The notes under the pieces: model-generated
The model's input: the letters and a program-made list of their open reading frames with translations, nothing else
The model's database searches: none
Told to the model about the DNA's origin: nothing
Made by a program: the position numbers and the translations under genes
Shown: positions 1 to 9,527 of the stretch, piece by piece
Layout: the number at the start of each line of letters is the position of its first letter
Position numbering within the stretch: position 1 is the stretch's first letter
NCBI GenBank assembly: GCA_016844925.1
Contig: JAERTI010000043.1
Span: 197,110 to 261,109, forward strand
Origin: Candidatus Uhrbacteria bacterium
Lineage (GTDB): Bacteria > Patescibacteriota > Patescibacteriia > UBA9934 > GWF2-40-263
Length of the DNA stretch: 64,000 bases
Direction of reading: 5' to 3'

Positions 1-73
1 CGTAGTCCACGCTCGCCTTTTGTGTTACCATAGCGTCACATTGTTCTTTAGCTCCTTATCTTAGCTCTTTTTT

Positions 74-589
74 ATGTCGAATCGACATCTATCACGTACG
101 ATTGCTCTGCAGTCACTTTATCAATGGGACTTTTTAGGCATGCCGGAGGGAAAACTTCCGGAAATTATTGCATTCAACCGAGAGGAGTTTGCACCAAAGT
201 TCGATGATGAGGGGTTTGTAGAGGAGTTAATAGAAGGGGTCATTGATAAGCGAGATGAACTCGATGAGGTCATCGTGCATTTTGCACCGAATTGGCCACT
301 CGATGCGATCACGATTGTTGATCGCAATGTTCTGCGCCTGGGAATCTACGAGTTGAAGATTGCGGAGAAGATTCCTGCCAAGGTGGCTATTAACGAAGCC
401 ATCGAGCTGGCAAAGGGATTCGGAGGTCAGTCCTCTGGTCGTTTTGTGAACGGAGTTCTTGGAGCGATCTATAAGGACATGATGGCACGAGGGGAGATTA
501 AGGAGGTAGATAAGGCGAAAGAGGAGAGTGGGGCTAGTGAGGAGAATAAAGAAGCAGAGCCCAGCGATGCTGGGTCCGCCGAAAAGTAA
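74..589 (+). CDS. nusB: Transcription antitermination factor NusB with a ~40-aa Lys/Glu/Ser-rich C-terminal tail
   Basis: N-terminal [15 protein letters not shown] and [11 protein letters not shown] blocks are NusB-like; lies directly upstream of rnc; the C-terminal tail is low-complexity. Confidence 0.75.
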   Translation: MSNRHLSRTIALQSLYQWDFLGMPEGKLPEIIAFNREEFAPKFDDEGFVEELIEGVIDKRDELDEVIVHFAPNWPLDAITIVDRNVLRLGIYELKIAEKIPAKVAINEAIELAKGFGGQSSGRFVNGVLGAIYKDMMARGEIKEVDKAKEESGASEENKEAEPSDAGSAEK

Positions 590-598
590 CAATCAACT

Positions 599-1291
599 AT
601 GAAAGAAGATTTCAGCGAGTTGGAGCAGGCGATTGGGGTAACGTTTCAAAACAAAGACATGTTACGCCAGGCGCTTGTTCACCGCTCATACCTAAACGAA
701 CATCCAGATTTTCCACTCGGACACAACGAACGATTGGAGTTTCTGGGAGATGCCGTGATGGAGCTGGTGGTGACAGAATATCTCTACGAGAATTATGAGA
801 ACCCAGAAGGGGAGCTCACCAACTGGCGCGCTGCGCTTGTGAACTCAGAGATGATCGCCAAGCTTAATGATGAGCTTGGAGCCGAGCCATACCTTCACCT
901 TTCCAAGGGGGAGTCCAAGGACAAGAACTCAAAGGCGCGTAAGTATATTCTTGCCAATGCCTATGAGGCGATCATTGGAGCAATTTACCTAGATGCGGGT
1001 TGGGATGCAGCGAAAGAGTTCATTCTCAAGCGCGTCAAAAAAGAGCTGCCCATTATTTTGGAGAAGCGGTTGTATATCGATCCAAAGAGTCGGTTCCAGG
1101 AATCAGCTCAGGAGCACTTGGGCATTACGCCATCGTATAAAGTTCTCTCTGAGACGGGACCTGATCACGAGAAAGTGTTCGAGGTTGGTGTCTATCTTGG
1201 GAAGACTAAGGTGGCAACGGGATCTGGAACAAGTAAGCACGAGGCTCAGGTGGCGGCTGCGACGGCAGGGATTGAGCTCAAGGGCTGGTAG
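599..1291 (+). CDS. rnc: Ribonuclease III
   Basis: ERLEFLGDAV catalytic signature plus a C-terminal dsRBD-like segment (GPDHEKVFEV...). Confidence 0.9.
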   Translation: MKEDFSELEQAIGVTFQNKDMLRQALVHRSYLNEHPDFPLGHNERLEFLGDAVMELVVTEYLYENYENPEGELTNWRAALVNSEMIAKLNDELGAEPYLHLSKGESKDKNSKARKYILANAYEAIIGAIYLDAGWDAAKEFILKRVKKELPIILEKRLYIDPKSRFQESAQEHLGITPSYKVLSETGPDHEKVFEVGVYLGKTKVATGSGTSKHEAQVAAATAGIELKGW

Positions 1292-1300
1292 AAATAAAAA

Positions 1301-1349
1301 ACTCCGACGTTCGTTCGGAGTCGACCGACCCCGTGAGGGTCGGTTTTTG
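1301..1349 (+). terminator. Two stacked hairpins with a U-tract after rnc
   Basis: ctccga...tcggag hairpin, then gaccgaccc-cgtga-gggtcggtt followed by TTTTTGA. Confidence 0.55.
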
Positions 1350-1363
1350 ATTGGAGTCCAGTT

Positions 1364-1774
1364 CTAGGTGCTGAGGCGACCGAAGCGGCGGAAGTTGCCG
1401 GAGGTCAGAACCTTCTCGATCGGGGCCTCGATGATGCCCTTGGTGCTGTTGGCGGCGTGGATGAAGCTCAGTCGATCTTCAGCAACGACTCCGACGTGGC
1501 CGATGTGGTCCGGAGGAAGGTTGGCTACATCCTGGTAGCACTTTCCCCTCATGAAAATCAGATCGCCAGGGCGTATATCGCCTTGCTGAATCCTGATCAT
1601 CACTGCTGCCTGTTGGGCAGCCTTGCGGGGGAGTTCTACACCGAACTGGCCGTGGAGCCATTGTGTGAAGCTGGAGCAGTCGACGATGTCTGGGGCCCAT
1701 TCGGGCAGGGCCATGAGCTGGTAACGACCCAGCCCGATTCGACTGCGTGCCAGTCGAACAAGTTGCAAGTTCAT
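1364..1774 (-). CDS. NlpC/P60 (C40) family peptidase
   Basis: DCSSF...HVGVV...FIHA Cys/His/His arrangement typical of NlpC/P60. Confidence 0.6.
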   Translation of the reverse strand: MNLQLVRLARSRIGLGRYQLMALPEWAPDIVDCSSFTQWLHGQFGVELPRKAAQQAAVMIRIQQGDIRPGDLIFMRGKCYQDVANLPPDHIGHVGVVAEDRLSFIHAANSTKGIIEAPIEKVLTSGNFRRFGRLST

Positions 1775-1860
1775 GGGTACCTCCGATCCGATGGCAGGAT
1801 AAACAAACTAGTCCTTCGCGTCAAAAAGAAAAACACCACGCGGGGCGTGGTGGCGTTGGC

Positions 1861-2940
1861 CTAGAGGTCCAGGCCGAAGATGCGGTTGAATTCGTGCCGA
1901 CTGATGCCCATCCTGAGTCCCCAGTAGGCGAGGTAGTCCTGGGGGCAAAGCAGGAGGTTGTTTGCAAGACCCAGGTAGGAAGCATCAAGCGCCAAGAAGG
2001 CGTGAATGGTCGTGACACCGACACGTTTGAAGTCGATGTGGCACCCAGAGCAGCCGAAGATGATTTCTCCGAAAAGGTGGGGGTCCATGTCCCACTCCTT
2101 CAGAGTGTTGACGAGGGCCGTCCGGCGTTTCATCATGAGTCCCTCATTCTCACCCTTGCGGACGCGCACTCGATCCCGTGTCGGTCGACCGAAGCGCTTG
2201 TAGAGCCTCTCCCGGGCTTCGCGCTTGCGCTGCACCAGGTCTCGTTCCATGTTGAGCCCCTTGGGCGCCTCCCAGTTGTCGGGGAGGTGCATGGCCGCGT
2301 GCAGGACCGGGACGTGCTCTGCCAGATCTCTCTGGAGCGTGATCGTGTCACGCGTGTTGCGCGCCGGGTCCCTCATCAGGAGCTCGCCGACCCAGTTGGC
2401 CTGGTTGATCAGGCCGCCGTCCTTGATCCGGTAGAAGGGGGAGTGACGGAACGGGTTACCTGTCTTGCTCACGTCGCCGAATGCCGTGATTGGCTGTGCA
2501 AGTGCCGTGAGCACGACGGGGTCGAGTAGGTACACAGGGCGCCAGCCGAAGTCCCAGGCGTCGAAGTCGGGCGGGAAGCCCGTGCGCACCAAGAGGGTGT
2601 AGACCAGACGCTGCAGTTTTCTGTGGTGCTGCCCCCAGTCGAATCGGAAGAGTTCTCCGCACAGGCGGACACCCCACTGCTTGAGCGTACCGATGATCTC
2701 CGTGGGGAGCTCGGCCTGCTCGATGGGGGTGTTGCAGAAGGTGAGCACCTCTTCTTCACTGAGACGAAGTTCACCGGAGTGAACGACGGCTCCCAGCCTC
2801 CCTTCGCGTCCCAGTTGCAGGGCACGCAGCACGAGCTTGTGCTGAGGTCCGTTGCGCTTGCCACGGCGGAGGAGATCGTAGAACTGGTGCCAGGCGTCGC
2901 TGGCGGTCAGTTTGTTTCGGTCAGTTTCAGAGCTAAGCAT
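1861..2940 (-). CDS. Hypothetical protein (high GC), Cys/His-containing C-terminal segment
   Basis: 359-aa ORF with coding-like composition; no family recognised; its start is next to the tRNA-Lys gene. Confidence 0.45.
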   Translation of the reverse strand: MLSSETDRNKLTASDAWHQFYDLLRRGKRNGPQHKLVLRALQLGREGRLGAVVHSGELRLSEEEVLTFCNTPIEQAELPTEIIGTLKQWGVRLCGELFRFDWGQHHRKLQRLVYTLLVRTGFPPDFDAWDFGWRPVYLLDPVVLTALAQPITAFGDVSKTGNPFRHSPFYRIKDGGLINQANWVGELLMRDPARNTRDTITLQRDLAEHVPVLHAAMHLPDNWEAPKGLNMERDLVQRKREARERLYKRFGRPTRDRVRVRKGENEGLMMKRRTALVNTLKEWDMDPHLFGEIIFGCSGCHIDFKRVGVTTIHAFLALDASYLGLANNLLLCPQDYLAYWGLRMGISRHEFNRIFGLDL

Positions 2941-3117
2941 GGCTCTCTCGGTGTTGGAAGGTTCAATCGACGGGGCTAGCGTCGAACCACAGTGCCGTGT
3001 CGCCGCGGGGTTAGCGCATACGATCTGGTGGGCAATGCGTTGATAGTTAATAGGATGGAGGACCTGATGTCAATAAAATCAGCAACAAAAATACCCCGTC
3101 TAAAGACGAGGTATTTT

Positions 3118-3194
3118 TGGTACACCGGGTGGGATTCGAACCCACGGCCAAGAGATTAAGAGTCTCCTGCTCTGACCAACTGAGCTACCGGTGC
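3118..3194 (-). tRNA. tRNA-Lys (anticodon CTT)
   Basis: Reverse complement folds as a cloverleaf: GCACCGG acceptor, GGAGA-CTCTTAA-TCTCT anticodon arm, GGTTCGAATCC T-arm, encoded ACCA 3' end. Confidence 0.85.
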
Positions 3195-3223
3195 ATGTCG
3201 ACGGCCTTAGTATGCCAGGAGGA

Positions 3224-3252
3224 TTGACGAACGTCAAGATATGGGCTATTAT
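3224..3252 (+). promoter_or_regulatory. Sigma70-like promoter for tRNA-Arg
   Basis: TTGACG, 17-nt spacer, TATTAT, ending 13 nt before the tRNA 5' end. Confidence 0.5.
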
Positions 3253-3264
3253 CCCCCTCGCAAT

Positions 3265-3341
3265 GCAGGCGTAGCTCAGCTGGATAGAGCACTTGTCTTC
3301 GGAACAAGGGGTCGGGGGTTCGAATCCTCCCGCCTGCACCA
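3265..3341 (+). tRNA. tRNA-Arg (anticodon TCG)
   Basis: GCAGGCG acceptor, CTTGT-CTTCGGA-ACAAG anticodon arm, GGTTCGAATCC T-arm, CCA end. Confidence 0.85.
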
Positions 3342-3343
3342 CA

Positions 3344-3370
3344 AAACACATCCCTCAAGGGGTGTGTTTT
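3344..3370 (+). terminator. Intrinsic terminator after tRNA-Arg
   Basis: aaaacacatccc-tcaa-ggggtgtgtttt, a perfect hairpin flanked by A and T tracts. Confidence 0.6.
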
Positions 3371-3406
3371 GTTGTAATTAAAAACTCGCCGGTGTGGCGA
3401 GGTGGC

Positions 3407-3649
3407 CTAGTTCAGACCAAGAGCAGCGTAGGGGCGCTTTCGTCTCTGGATGTCAGTCCAGATGATGTGGGTGGCTTTGCCGAAACGGTGAGTCTCCAGG
3501 CAACCAACCAATGAGCCGAAGCAGAAGAACAGGATCTGGCCCAGGTTCTCCGCTGGCTCAAGGATCAGTACCAGTGCCGGCATGACCGCGGCGAAGATCA
3601 TGAACGCTGTGCACAGGCCCATGAGTGCAAGAAAGATGTAGTTGAACAC
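3407..3649 (-). CDS. Small membrane protein (2 predicted TM helices)
   Basis: 80 aa with two hydrophobic helices (IFLALMGLCTAFMIFAAVMPALVLIL). Confidence 0.35.
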   Translation of the reverse strand: MFNYIFLALMGLCTAFMIFAAVMPALVLILEPAENLGQILFFCFGSLVGCLETHRFGKATHIIWTDIQRRKRPYAALGLN

Positions 3650-3730
3650 AGAACTCCCTTCGAGGATTTCTCATATGGCAGCCTAGCAATACGGAAAGAA
3701 AAAAGCGAGCTTGCGTGGCTCGCGAGGGTC

Positions 3731-4444
3731 CTAGGGGTAGGGCAGCCGCTGGGGGCAGCCGATACGGGCCCAGGTGGGGAATGGGATGCGGACGCGGCAG
3801 GAACGGTTCTTGATCCTGCAGTGCAGGTTGTCGTTGGTGCCGGTCTTGTCCATGGGGCAGATGCAGGTGGCACGGTGGATTCCCGGGGGGAGATCCGTGA
3901 AGCTCACCATCTGCATGCCGTGACGCTGTCCGGTGTGGATGGCGTGGATGTTGGTGGTGGTCGCCAGGATGTTCTTGTCCCGGTGCGTGTGAAGCAGTCG
4001 GCGGTAGAGCGCGTCGCCGATGGGCATGGCCTTGGGGCCGCGTGCCTTGTAGCGATGGTCCGGGACCACCACGAAGGTGCCCAGCTCGTACCACATCTGT
4101 CCGGTGTGATCACGACCGAGATCCCAGAGCACGATGCAGCCCACCACGCGACCGCGTTCGGTCGTGTCGATGGCGAGCGTGACGCGACCCTCGCGCGCCG
4201 CCGGCTCCAACTGTTCGCGCGTCTTGGTGAGCAGGTGGGGCTCAGCGCCGGTGATGTCTTCGATCTGGGTGTACCAGGCGTCGTCACGGGTGAGAGTGCC
4301 AGCATCTGAGACGTATCGGATGCCGGGCGTCTGCCGCTCGCCCAAGTGCTGCAGCACGGTGGCACCAGCCGGGCTGGTGCGCAGTGCGGTCCTCATATCT
4401 GCCGGCACAACGCCGGTCACTGCCTCGAACATCTGAGAAATCAT
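3731..4444 (-). CDS. GNAT-family acetyltransferase-like protein with a Cys-rich C-terminal tail
   Basis: VVGCIVLWDLG ... ELGTFVVVPDHRYKARG resembles GNAT motifs; C-terminal tail CICP...HCRIKNRSCR...IGCP. Confidence 0.45.
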   Translation of the reverse strand: MISQMFEAVTGVVPADMRTALRTSPAGATVLQHLGERQTPGIRYVSDAGTLTRDDAWYTQIEDITGAEPHLLTKTREQLEPAAREGRVTLAIDTTERGRVVGCIVLWDLGRDHTGQMWYELGTFVVVPDHRYKARGPKAMPIGDALYRRLLHTHRDKNILATTTNIHAIHTGQRHGMQMVSFTDLPPGIHRATCICPMDKTGTNDNLHCRIKNRSCRVRIPFPTWARIGCPQRLPYP

Positions 4445-4667
4445 CCCGTCTCCTTGGTCCTTGCTTCAGCTTCTGAAATAGCTAAACAAGAAAACCTCCC
4501 ATGCAGGGAGGCTCTCTTTTAGCACGAATGTTCTTCGAGCATCAAATAGAGACTCCCATGGAGAGAGGCTTTTTGCTGCTCTTCTTCTTTGCAGAAGTGA
4601 AATTCATACCAAAGACAGTCTTACATAGCTTGGCAGATACGGCAAGCTCCCGTATCCTTTTGTCTGT

Positions 4668-5546
4668 ATGAAACAGATCGGTGATCACATTTGGCAGATC
4701 TCAGCCAAGGCTGAGGGGCCGCACCTCATGATTATTGGCGGAACGCACGGAAACGAGCGGACGGGTGTTGAAGTTGTACGTGCTTTGGTGGATAAGGGGC
4801 TTTCTCTTGAGGCTGGAACACTGACGCTCGCGCTTGGGAATTTGAAGGCTATTGAAATTAATGAGCGTTGCAGTGAGCCTCATGTAGATTTGAATCGGTC
4901 CTATGCAGAGGATTTGCTGGAGAGGGAGCCGAAGGGGTCCTATGAGGATCAGCGCGCACGAGAGCTTGCTCCACACATTGCAGCAGCCGATTACGTGATT
5001 GACATTCACGCAACAAACAAACCTTCAGAAGCGTTCATCTGCTCACTCTTTGCGCCAGAGCATCTTCGCCTCCACGACTTCTTTCCGGTGAGTAAGGTTC
5101 TTGGTGATCCTGAGTATATTCTCGGTGGCGCACCTGTGACGACAGACGAATACGCTGATGCATTTGGCGGAGCTGGTATTTGCTATGAGACAGGACAGGC
5201 TGGTGACACAAGTCGTGTGCAGGAAGTTCTGGAAGAAATGCTTGGTGTCATGAAGGGGCTTGGTCTTACAGGTGACGGTGGAGTCTCTTCTCCCGTAGGG
5301 GGTAAAGAGTACTACACGCTCTCACACAGAATTCTTTTGACAGAAGCCGGCTTCACATGGGAGTCGGGGTACGGTAACGGATCCTGGGAGGCGTTTACGA
5401 CAGGTCAGGTTATTGGTCATCACGGCGATGAGCCACTTACGGCTGAGTATGATGGCGTCGTCGTGTTCCCAAAGATCGATAAGCACTGGCAGCTAGGATC
5501 CTCGGTAGGGTACCTGGCAAAGCGCATTGAAATTGATACTAACTGA
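4668..5546 (+). CDS. Succinylglutamate desuccinylase / aspartoacylase (AstE/AspA) family zinc hydrolase
   Basis: GGTHGNERTG and DLNRS motifs. Confidence 0.7.
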   Translation: MKQIGDHIWQISAKAEGPHLMIIGGTHGNERTGVEVVRALVDKGLSLEAGTLTLALGNLKAIEINERCSEPHVDLNRSYAEDLLEREPKGSYEDQRARELAPHIAAADYVIDIHATNKPSEAFICSLFAPEHLRLHDFFPVSKVLGDPEYILGGAPVTTDEYADAFGGAGICYETGQAGDTSRVQEVLEEMLGVMKGLGLTGDGGVSSPVGGKEYYTLSHRILLTEAGFTWESGYGNGSWEAFTTGQVIGHHGDEPLTAEYDGVVVFPKIDKHWQLGSSVGYLAKRIEIDTN

Positions 5547-6825
5547 TATGAAGTACTCAACATTATTTGGAAAGACAACCAAGGAGGCACCACATGACGC
5601 GGATAGTCCAAACGCGCGTCTTCTGACACAGGCTGGGTATATTCATCAGCTTATGGCTGGTGCCTACACCTATCTCCCACTTGGCCTACGAACTCTTAAA
5701 AAGATTCAGCAGATCGTCCGTGAAGAAATGGATGCGATCGGCGGGCAAGAGATCTCCGTTCCAATGCTCACGCCAAAGAAGGTGTGGGAGGACACCGGGC
5801 GCTGGGGGATCGACGTGTTGTATCGCTTTGAAGGTGCTGGCGGAAAGGAGATGGCACTCGCAGCAACGGCTGAGGATATGGTTACGCCGCTCGTAAAGTC
5901 GTTTACAAGCTCGTACAAAGATTTTCCTGTGCTCGTGTACCAGATGAACGACAAGTTCCGCAACGAGCCACGGGCGAAGTCGGGGCTCTTGCGTGGGCGT
6001 GAGTTCAACATGAAGGATCTCTATTCATTTCACCTCACCCAAGAGGGGTTCGAGGAGTTCTATGAGAAGTCTAAGGGTGCTTACCTGAACGTCTATCAAC
6101 GTTGTGGCCTCGATGCCATGGTGGTGAAGGCTAGTGGCGGAGACTTCACGGAGAAGTTCTCTCATGAGTTCCAGGTGAAGACCGAGGCTGGTGAGGATCG
6201 AGTGTACGTCGACAAAGAATCCGGTGACGCACTGAACCGAGAGGTGGTGCCAGAAGAGGACTGGGAGAATACAGACAAGTACGATATTCATAAGACCATC
6301 GAGGTGGGAAACATCTTCCCGCTTGAGACACGCTTCTCGGACGCGATTAAGTTCACGGTGCAGGGAGCCGATGGTTCTCCTCAGAAAGTGATCATGGGGT
6401 CATACGGCATTGGTCCATCTCGTGTGATGGGATCGATTGTGGAAGTCCATCATGACGAGAAAGGGATTCGCTGGCCAAAGGCTGTGGCACCGTTCCATGT
6501 GTACATGGCAAGTCTCTCGAGCAAGGATGAGGCCGTGCAAGCGCGCATCGACGAAGTGGCTGCTGGGCTCCATGACGAGCTTGAGGCAGCGGGCGTAGAG
6601 GTGCTCTGGGATGAGCGCAACACACGTCCTGGATCGAAGTTTGCTGATGCAGACCTTATCGGGCTGCCACTGCGCTTGGTGGTCTCAGAGAAGACCCTCG
6701 CGGAGAACGCTGTTGAGTGGAAGGAGCGTCATGAAGATGAAGCTCGCCTGGTGGGCATCGATGATTTGGTTGAGCAGGCAAAGCAGTGGCTTGCGGCACC
6801 AGAGAGGCTTACGTCACACGAATAA
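5527..6825 (+). CDS. proS: Prolyl-tRNA synthetase (short form, no INS editing domain)
   Basis: N-terminal ARLLTQAGYIHQLMAGAYTYLPLGLRTLKKI, class II motifs, 432 aa. Confidence 0.85.
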   Translation: MKLILTDMKYSTLFGKTTKEAPHDADSPNARLLTQAGYIHQLMAGAYTYLPLGLRTLKKIQQIVREEMDAIGGQEISVPMLTPKKVWEDTGRWGIDVLYRFEGAGGKEMALAATAEDMVTPLVKSFTSSYKDFPVLVYQMNDKFRNEPRAKSGLLRGREFNMKDLYSFHLTQEGFEEFYEKSKGAYLNVYQRCGLDAMVVKASGGDFTEKFSHEFQVKTEAGEDRVYVDKESGDALNREVVPEEDWENTDKYDIHKTIEVGNIFPLETRFSDAIKFTVQGADGSPQKVIMGSYGIGPSRVMGSIVEVHHDEKGIRWPKAVAPFHVYMASLSSKDEAVQARIDEVAAGLHDELEAAGVEVLWDERNTRPGSKFADADLIGLPLRLVVSEKTLAENAVEWKERHEDEARLVGIDDLVEQAKQWLAAPERLTSHE

Positions 6826-6827
6826 GT

Positions 6828-6852
6828 AAAAACAGGCTTCGGCCTGTTTTTT
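6828..6852. terminator. Bidirectional intrinsic terminator between proS and mqo
   Basis: aaaaacaggc-ttcg-gcctgtttttt. Confidence 0.7.
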
Positions 6853-6854
6853 GA

Positions 6855-8207
6855 TTAGCGTCGCCTAAGGTCATCGCAGAGACGTTGTTTATCGAAGGTG
6901 AATTCCTCACCGAGGATTTTGATCAACTGCTCTGCGTCCTCTATGCCGCTTTGTAGACAAATGGACGCTCCGGGAGATGGGGTGATGTTAAAGACGACGC
7001 GCTTACCAGTGATCTTTGCCGAGCCCATCTGTAAGTTCTTTGTGTTTGTGTTAACGATTTGTGGACGTACGCCGCCATAGCCTTTGGCAAAGCGAATGTC
7101 TTTGTGTGTCATTGAGGGGATGATGTGTTGAACTTGCTTCACAAACAGACGACGACCTAGACCTGGAATGTCGTAGAGGAAGTTGCGGATGACGTAGCGA
7201 AAAAGAATAGGGTCCGAGATAATGTTCAAGAGCGAGAGGATGGCATCGAGGCGAAGGCGGAAGAGTTTCATGAAGTCGATGAATGACTTTGGGTTTCCAC
7301 GCTCGAGCCAGGGGAGGACTTTTGCTGTTGGGCCAAAGCGTGTGAGGGTTCCGTCATTTACTTCTGGGTCACCATGGATGGCGGCGAAGGGGAGTTTTTT
7401 GAGTTGGAGTGTGTAGACTTTTCCATTGAGTAGGCCGCGTATGCGGGAGAAGTAAAAACTACCAAAGACAGGGAGCAAGATGAGCTCACGACCGTAACCT
7501 GAGCGATGAGCGAGCCGGAGGCTGTTTGCACCGGCAGCGATTTCAAGGGCACGTGCTGTGATCATGGTTCCGTCACCAGTTTTGATTTCTGTGTACTCAG
7601 GGTGTTCTCTGAACGATTCGATGCAGCGCTGGAGATACACATCTATGTGTTTCCCTTCAGCATTTCTTGCTCGGGCAACGAATGACTCAGCAAGCTTCCC
7701 GTAGTTCACTGCAAAGCCATCCGTTGAGACAAGACCCAGAAGCGGTACGTGTAAAGGTCGCTCTCGTACAATGTGTGGTTCAAGTTTTATGAGTTCGTCT
7801 CGGTAAGCCTTTCGAAGTTTTGGGAATAGTTCGGCAAAGGTATCGAATCGTTCTTCAAGTTTTTTGACTTCGGTTTCGCCAACACCCAGGACCATCTTGT
7901 GTGTTTTGGTGTAGAGCGCTGGATCAGGATCAATATTTTCGATGTAGCCTGCGACAAGGTCTGCCCCGCGTTTCACTCGTGAGGCTTTTTCAAGGGTGTA
8001 GTTTGTTTCGATGTCACCAAAGTGAAGCGTCTGACTGTTGTTTGTGGAGCGGGAATTTACCGATCCGATCTGTCCAGACTTCTCGAATAAGGCTATGCGC
8101 TTTATATTTGTGTAGTTGGCAAGGATATAGAGAAGAGCGGCACCGGTGACGCCACCACCGACAATAACCACATCGTAATCGCGAGTCTGCTGTTGTTGAT
8201 CGTACAT
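6855..8207 (-). CDS. mqo: Malate:quinone oxidoreductase-like FAD enzyme
   Basis: DVVIVGGGVTGAAL FAD motif; NNSQTLHFGDIETNYT resembles the Mqo NNAGTGHSAL-ELNYT block; VNYGKL and LPVFGSFY blocks. Confidence 0.6.
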   Translation of the reverse strand: MYDQQQQTRDYDVVIVGGGVTGAALLYILANYTNIKRIALFEKSGQIGSVNSRSTNNSQTLHFGDIETNYTLEKASRVKRGADLVAGYIENIDPDPALYTKTHKMVLGVGETEVKKLEERFDTFAELFPKLRKAYRDELIKLEPHIVRERPLHVPLLGLVSTDGFAVNYGKLAESFVARARNAEGKHIDVYLQRCIESFREHPEYTEIKTGDGTMITARALEIAAGANSLRLAHRSGYGRELILLPVFGSFYFSRIRGLLNGKVYTLQLKKLPFAAIHGDPEVNDGTLTRFGPTAKVLPWLERGNPKSFIDFMKLFRLRLDAILSLLNIISDPILFRYVIRNFLYDIPGLGRRLFVKQVQHIIPSMTHKDIRFAKGYGGVRPQIVNTNTKNLQMGSAKITGKRVVFNITPSPGASICLQSGIEDAEQLIKILGEEFTFDKQRLCDDLRRR

Positions 8208-8284
8208 AGTTTTGATTCGACGTCAGATTGCTGTTACGGTATCACCGACGTTATTCGACTGTCTGTAGTCTTGATTACAATCCT

Positions 8285-8932
8285 ATGCAAGCCTTTTGGC
8301 ACCTCAAACAAACTGACATTTTTTCTGAGATTCCTGATGAGGAAATTAAACAACTCCTCTCAAAAAGCTCTGATGAATGTTTTCATTCCAAGCAAACGAT
8401 TTACACCCCAACGGATTTACAGAAGAAGATTTTTCTTGTGAAGACAGGGGAGGTTACGCTATTCCAGACCAAGGGCGGAAAGAGGATGATTATTGATATT
8501 GTGGCACCAGGTGGACTGTTCGGTGCCTTCGACCCAAGTGCTCTCACACTCGATCATTTTGCACAGGCGGCAGCAGGGACGCGGATTTGTGGGTTTGCCA
8601 CCGAAGATTTTTTAAAGATCCTCTCGACGCATCCAGGTGCCATGCTTAGTACGCTCAAGCAGCTCTCGCAGCGCATCGCAGATTATGAGCAAGTGCTGGT
8701 GGTGTCTCATGGGGAGGCAAAGGAGCGTGTGCTCCAGGCACTGAAGCGATATGCGAGAAAAACGAAACCGTTTCGATTGTTTAAAATGAATGCACAGTGC
8801 GCTCGTCTGACTCATCAAAAGCTGGCGCAGCTCGCCGGACTTAATCGCGTGACCGTCACACGTGTGATTCAGGAGCTTGTTAAAGATGGCATCATTGAAG
8901 TGGACCAAGAGACCAAAGAAATTTGTTTCTAG
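8285..8932 (+). CDS. Crp/Fnr-family transcriptional regulator
   Basis: cNMP-binding-like N-terminus (KTGEVTLFQTKGG...FG) and C-terminal HTH (LTHQKLAQLAGLNRVTVTRVIQELV). Confidence 0.7.
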   Translation: MQAFWHLKQTDIFSEIPDEEIKQLLSKSSDECFHSKQTIYTPTDLQKKIFLVKTGEVTLFQTKGGKRMIIDIVAPGGLFGAFDPSALTLDHFAQAAAGTRICGFATEDFLKILSTHPGAMLSTLKQLSQRIADYEQVLVVSHGEAKERVLQALKRYARKTKPFRLFKMNAQCARLTHQKLAQLAGLNRVTVTRVIQELVKDGIIEVDQETKEICF

Positions 8933-8987
8933 ATGTGGTAGCTCAGGCTACGGAAACAGAAGAACGTGAAGATGTCGGTGGTAGACT

Positions 8988-9458
8988 TTGTCTATCATTA
9001 ACTCTTCACGATTTTTTATGTCACATTCAGTTGATACGGCCCATGTCCCATCAGGGCTAAAAGGGGGACTCATCGCGGGTATTTTATTCGGAGCCATGAT
9101 GGGCATGATGGGTATGCTTCCTATGGTTGCCATGCTTGTTGGAAGTGAGTCTGCAGGTCTAGGGTTTTTTGTTCATCTGGTTTTTAGTGTTGTCATCGGA
9201 GTGGGATTCGCTCTCGTCTTTGGGCATAAGGCAGCGCGTAAAAGCAGTGACGCCATTACCTGGGGGCTTGTCTATGGATTCATCTGGTGGATCTTGGGTC
9301 CTCTCGTGATTATGCCTGTATGGCTTGGTATGGGGTTGCAACTTTCGCTTGAAGGAGCTCAGATGGCACTTCCAAGTTTGTGGGGTCACCTGGTGTATGG
9401 GTTTGTGCTTGGGCTCATGTACCATCTATCGATCACTAAACTGGATCTTGCTAAATAG
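8988..9458 (+). CDS. Integral membrane protein of unknown function (4 TM)
   Basis: Hydrophobic helices with Gly/Met-rich segments. Confidence 0.45.
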   Translation: MSIINSSRFFMSHSVDTAHVPSGLKGGLIAGILFGAMMGMMGMLPMVAMLVGSESAGLGFFVHLVFSVVIGVGFALVFGHKAARKSSDAITWGLVYGFIWWILGPLVIMPVWLGMGLQLSLEGAQMALPSLWGHLVYGFVLGLMYHLSITKLDLAK

Positions 9459-9527
9459 GCACACAGAAGGGTCCTTCGCGGGGCCTTTTTTGATAGAAAA
9501 ATCCCCACCGCGTTAGGTGGGGGGTGT

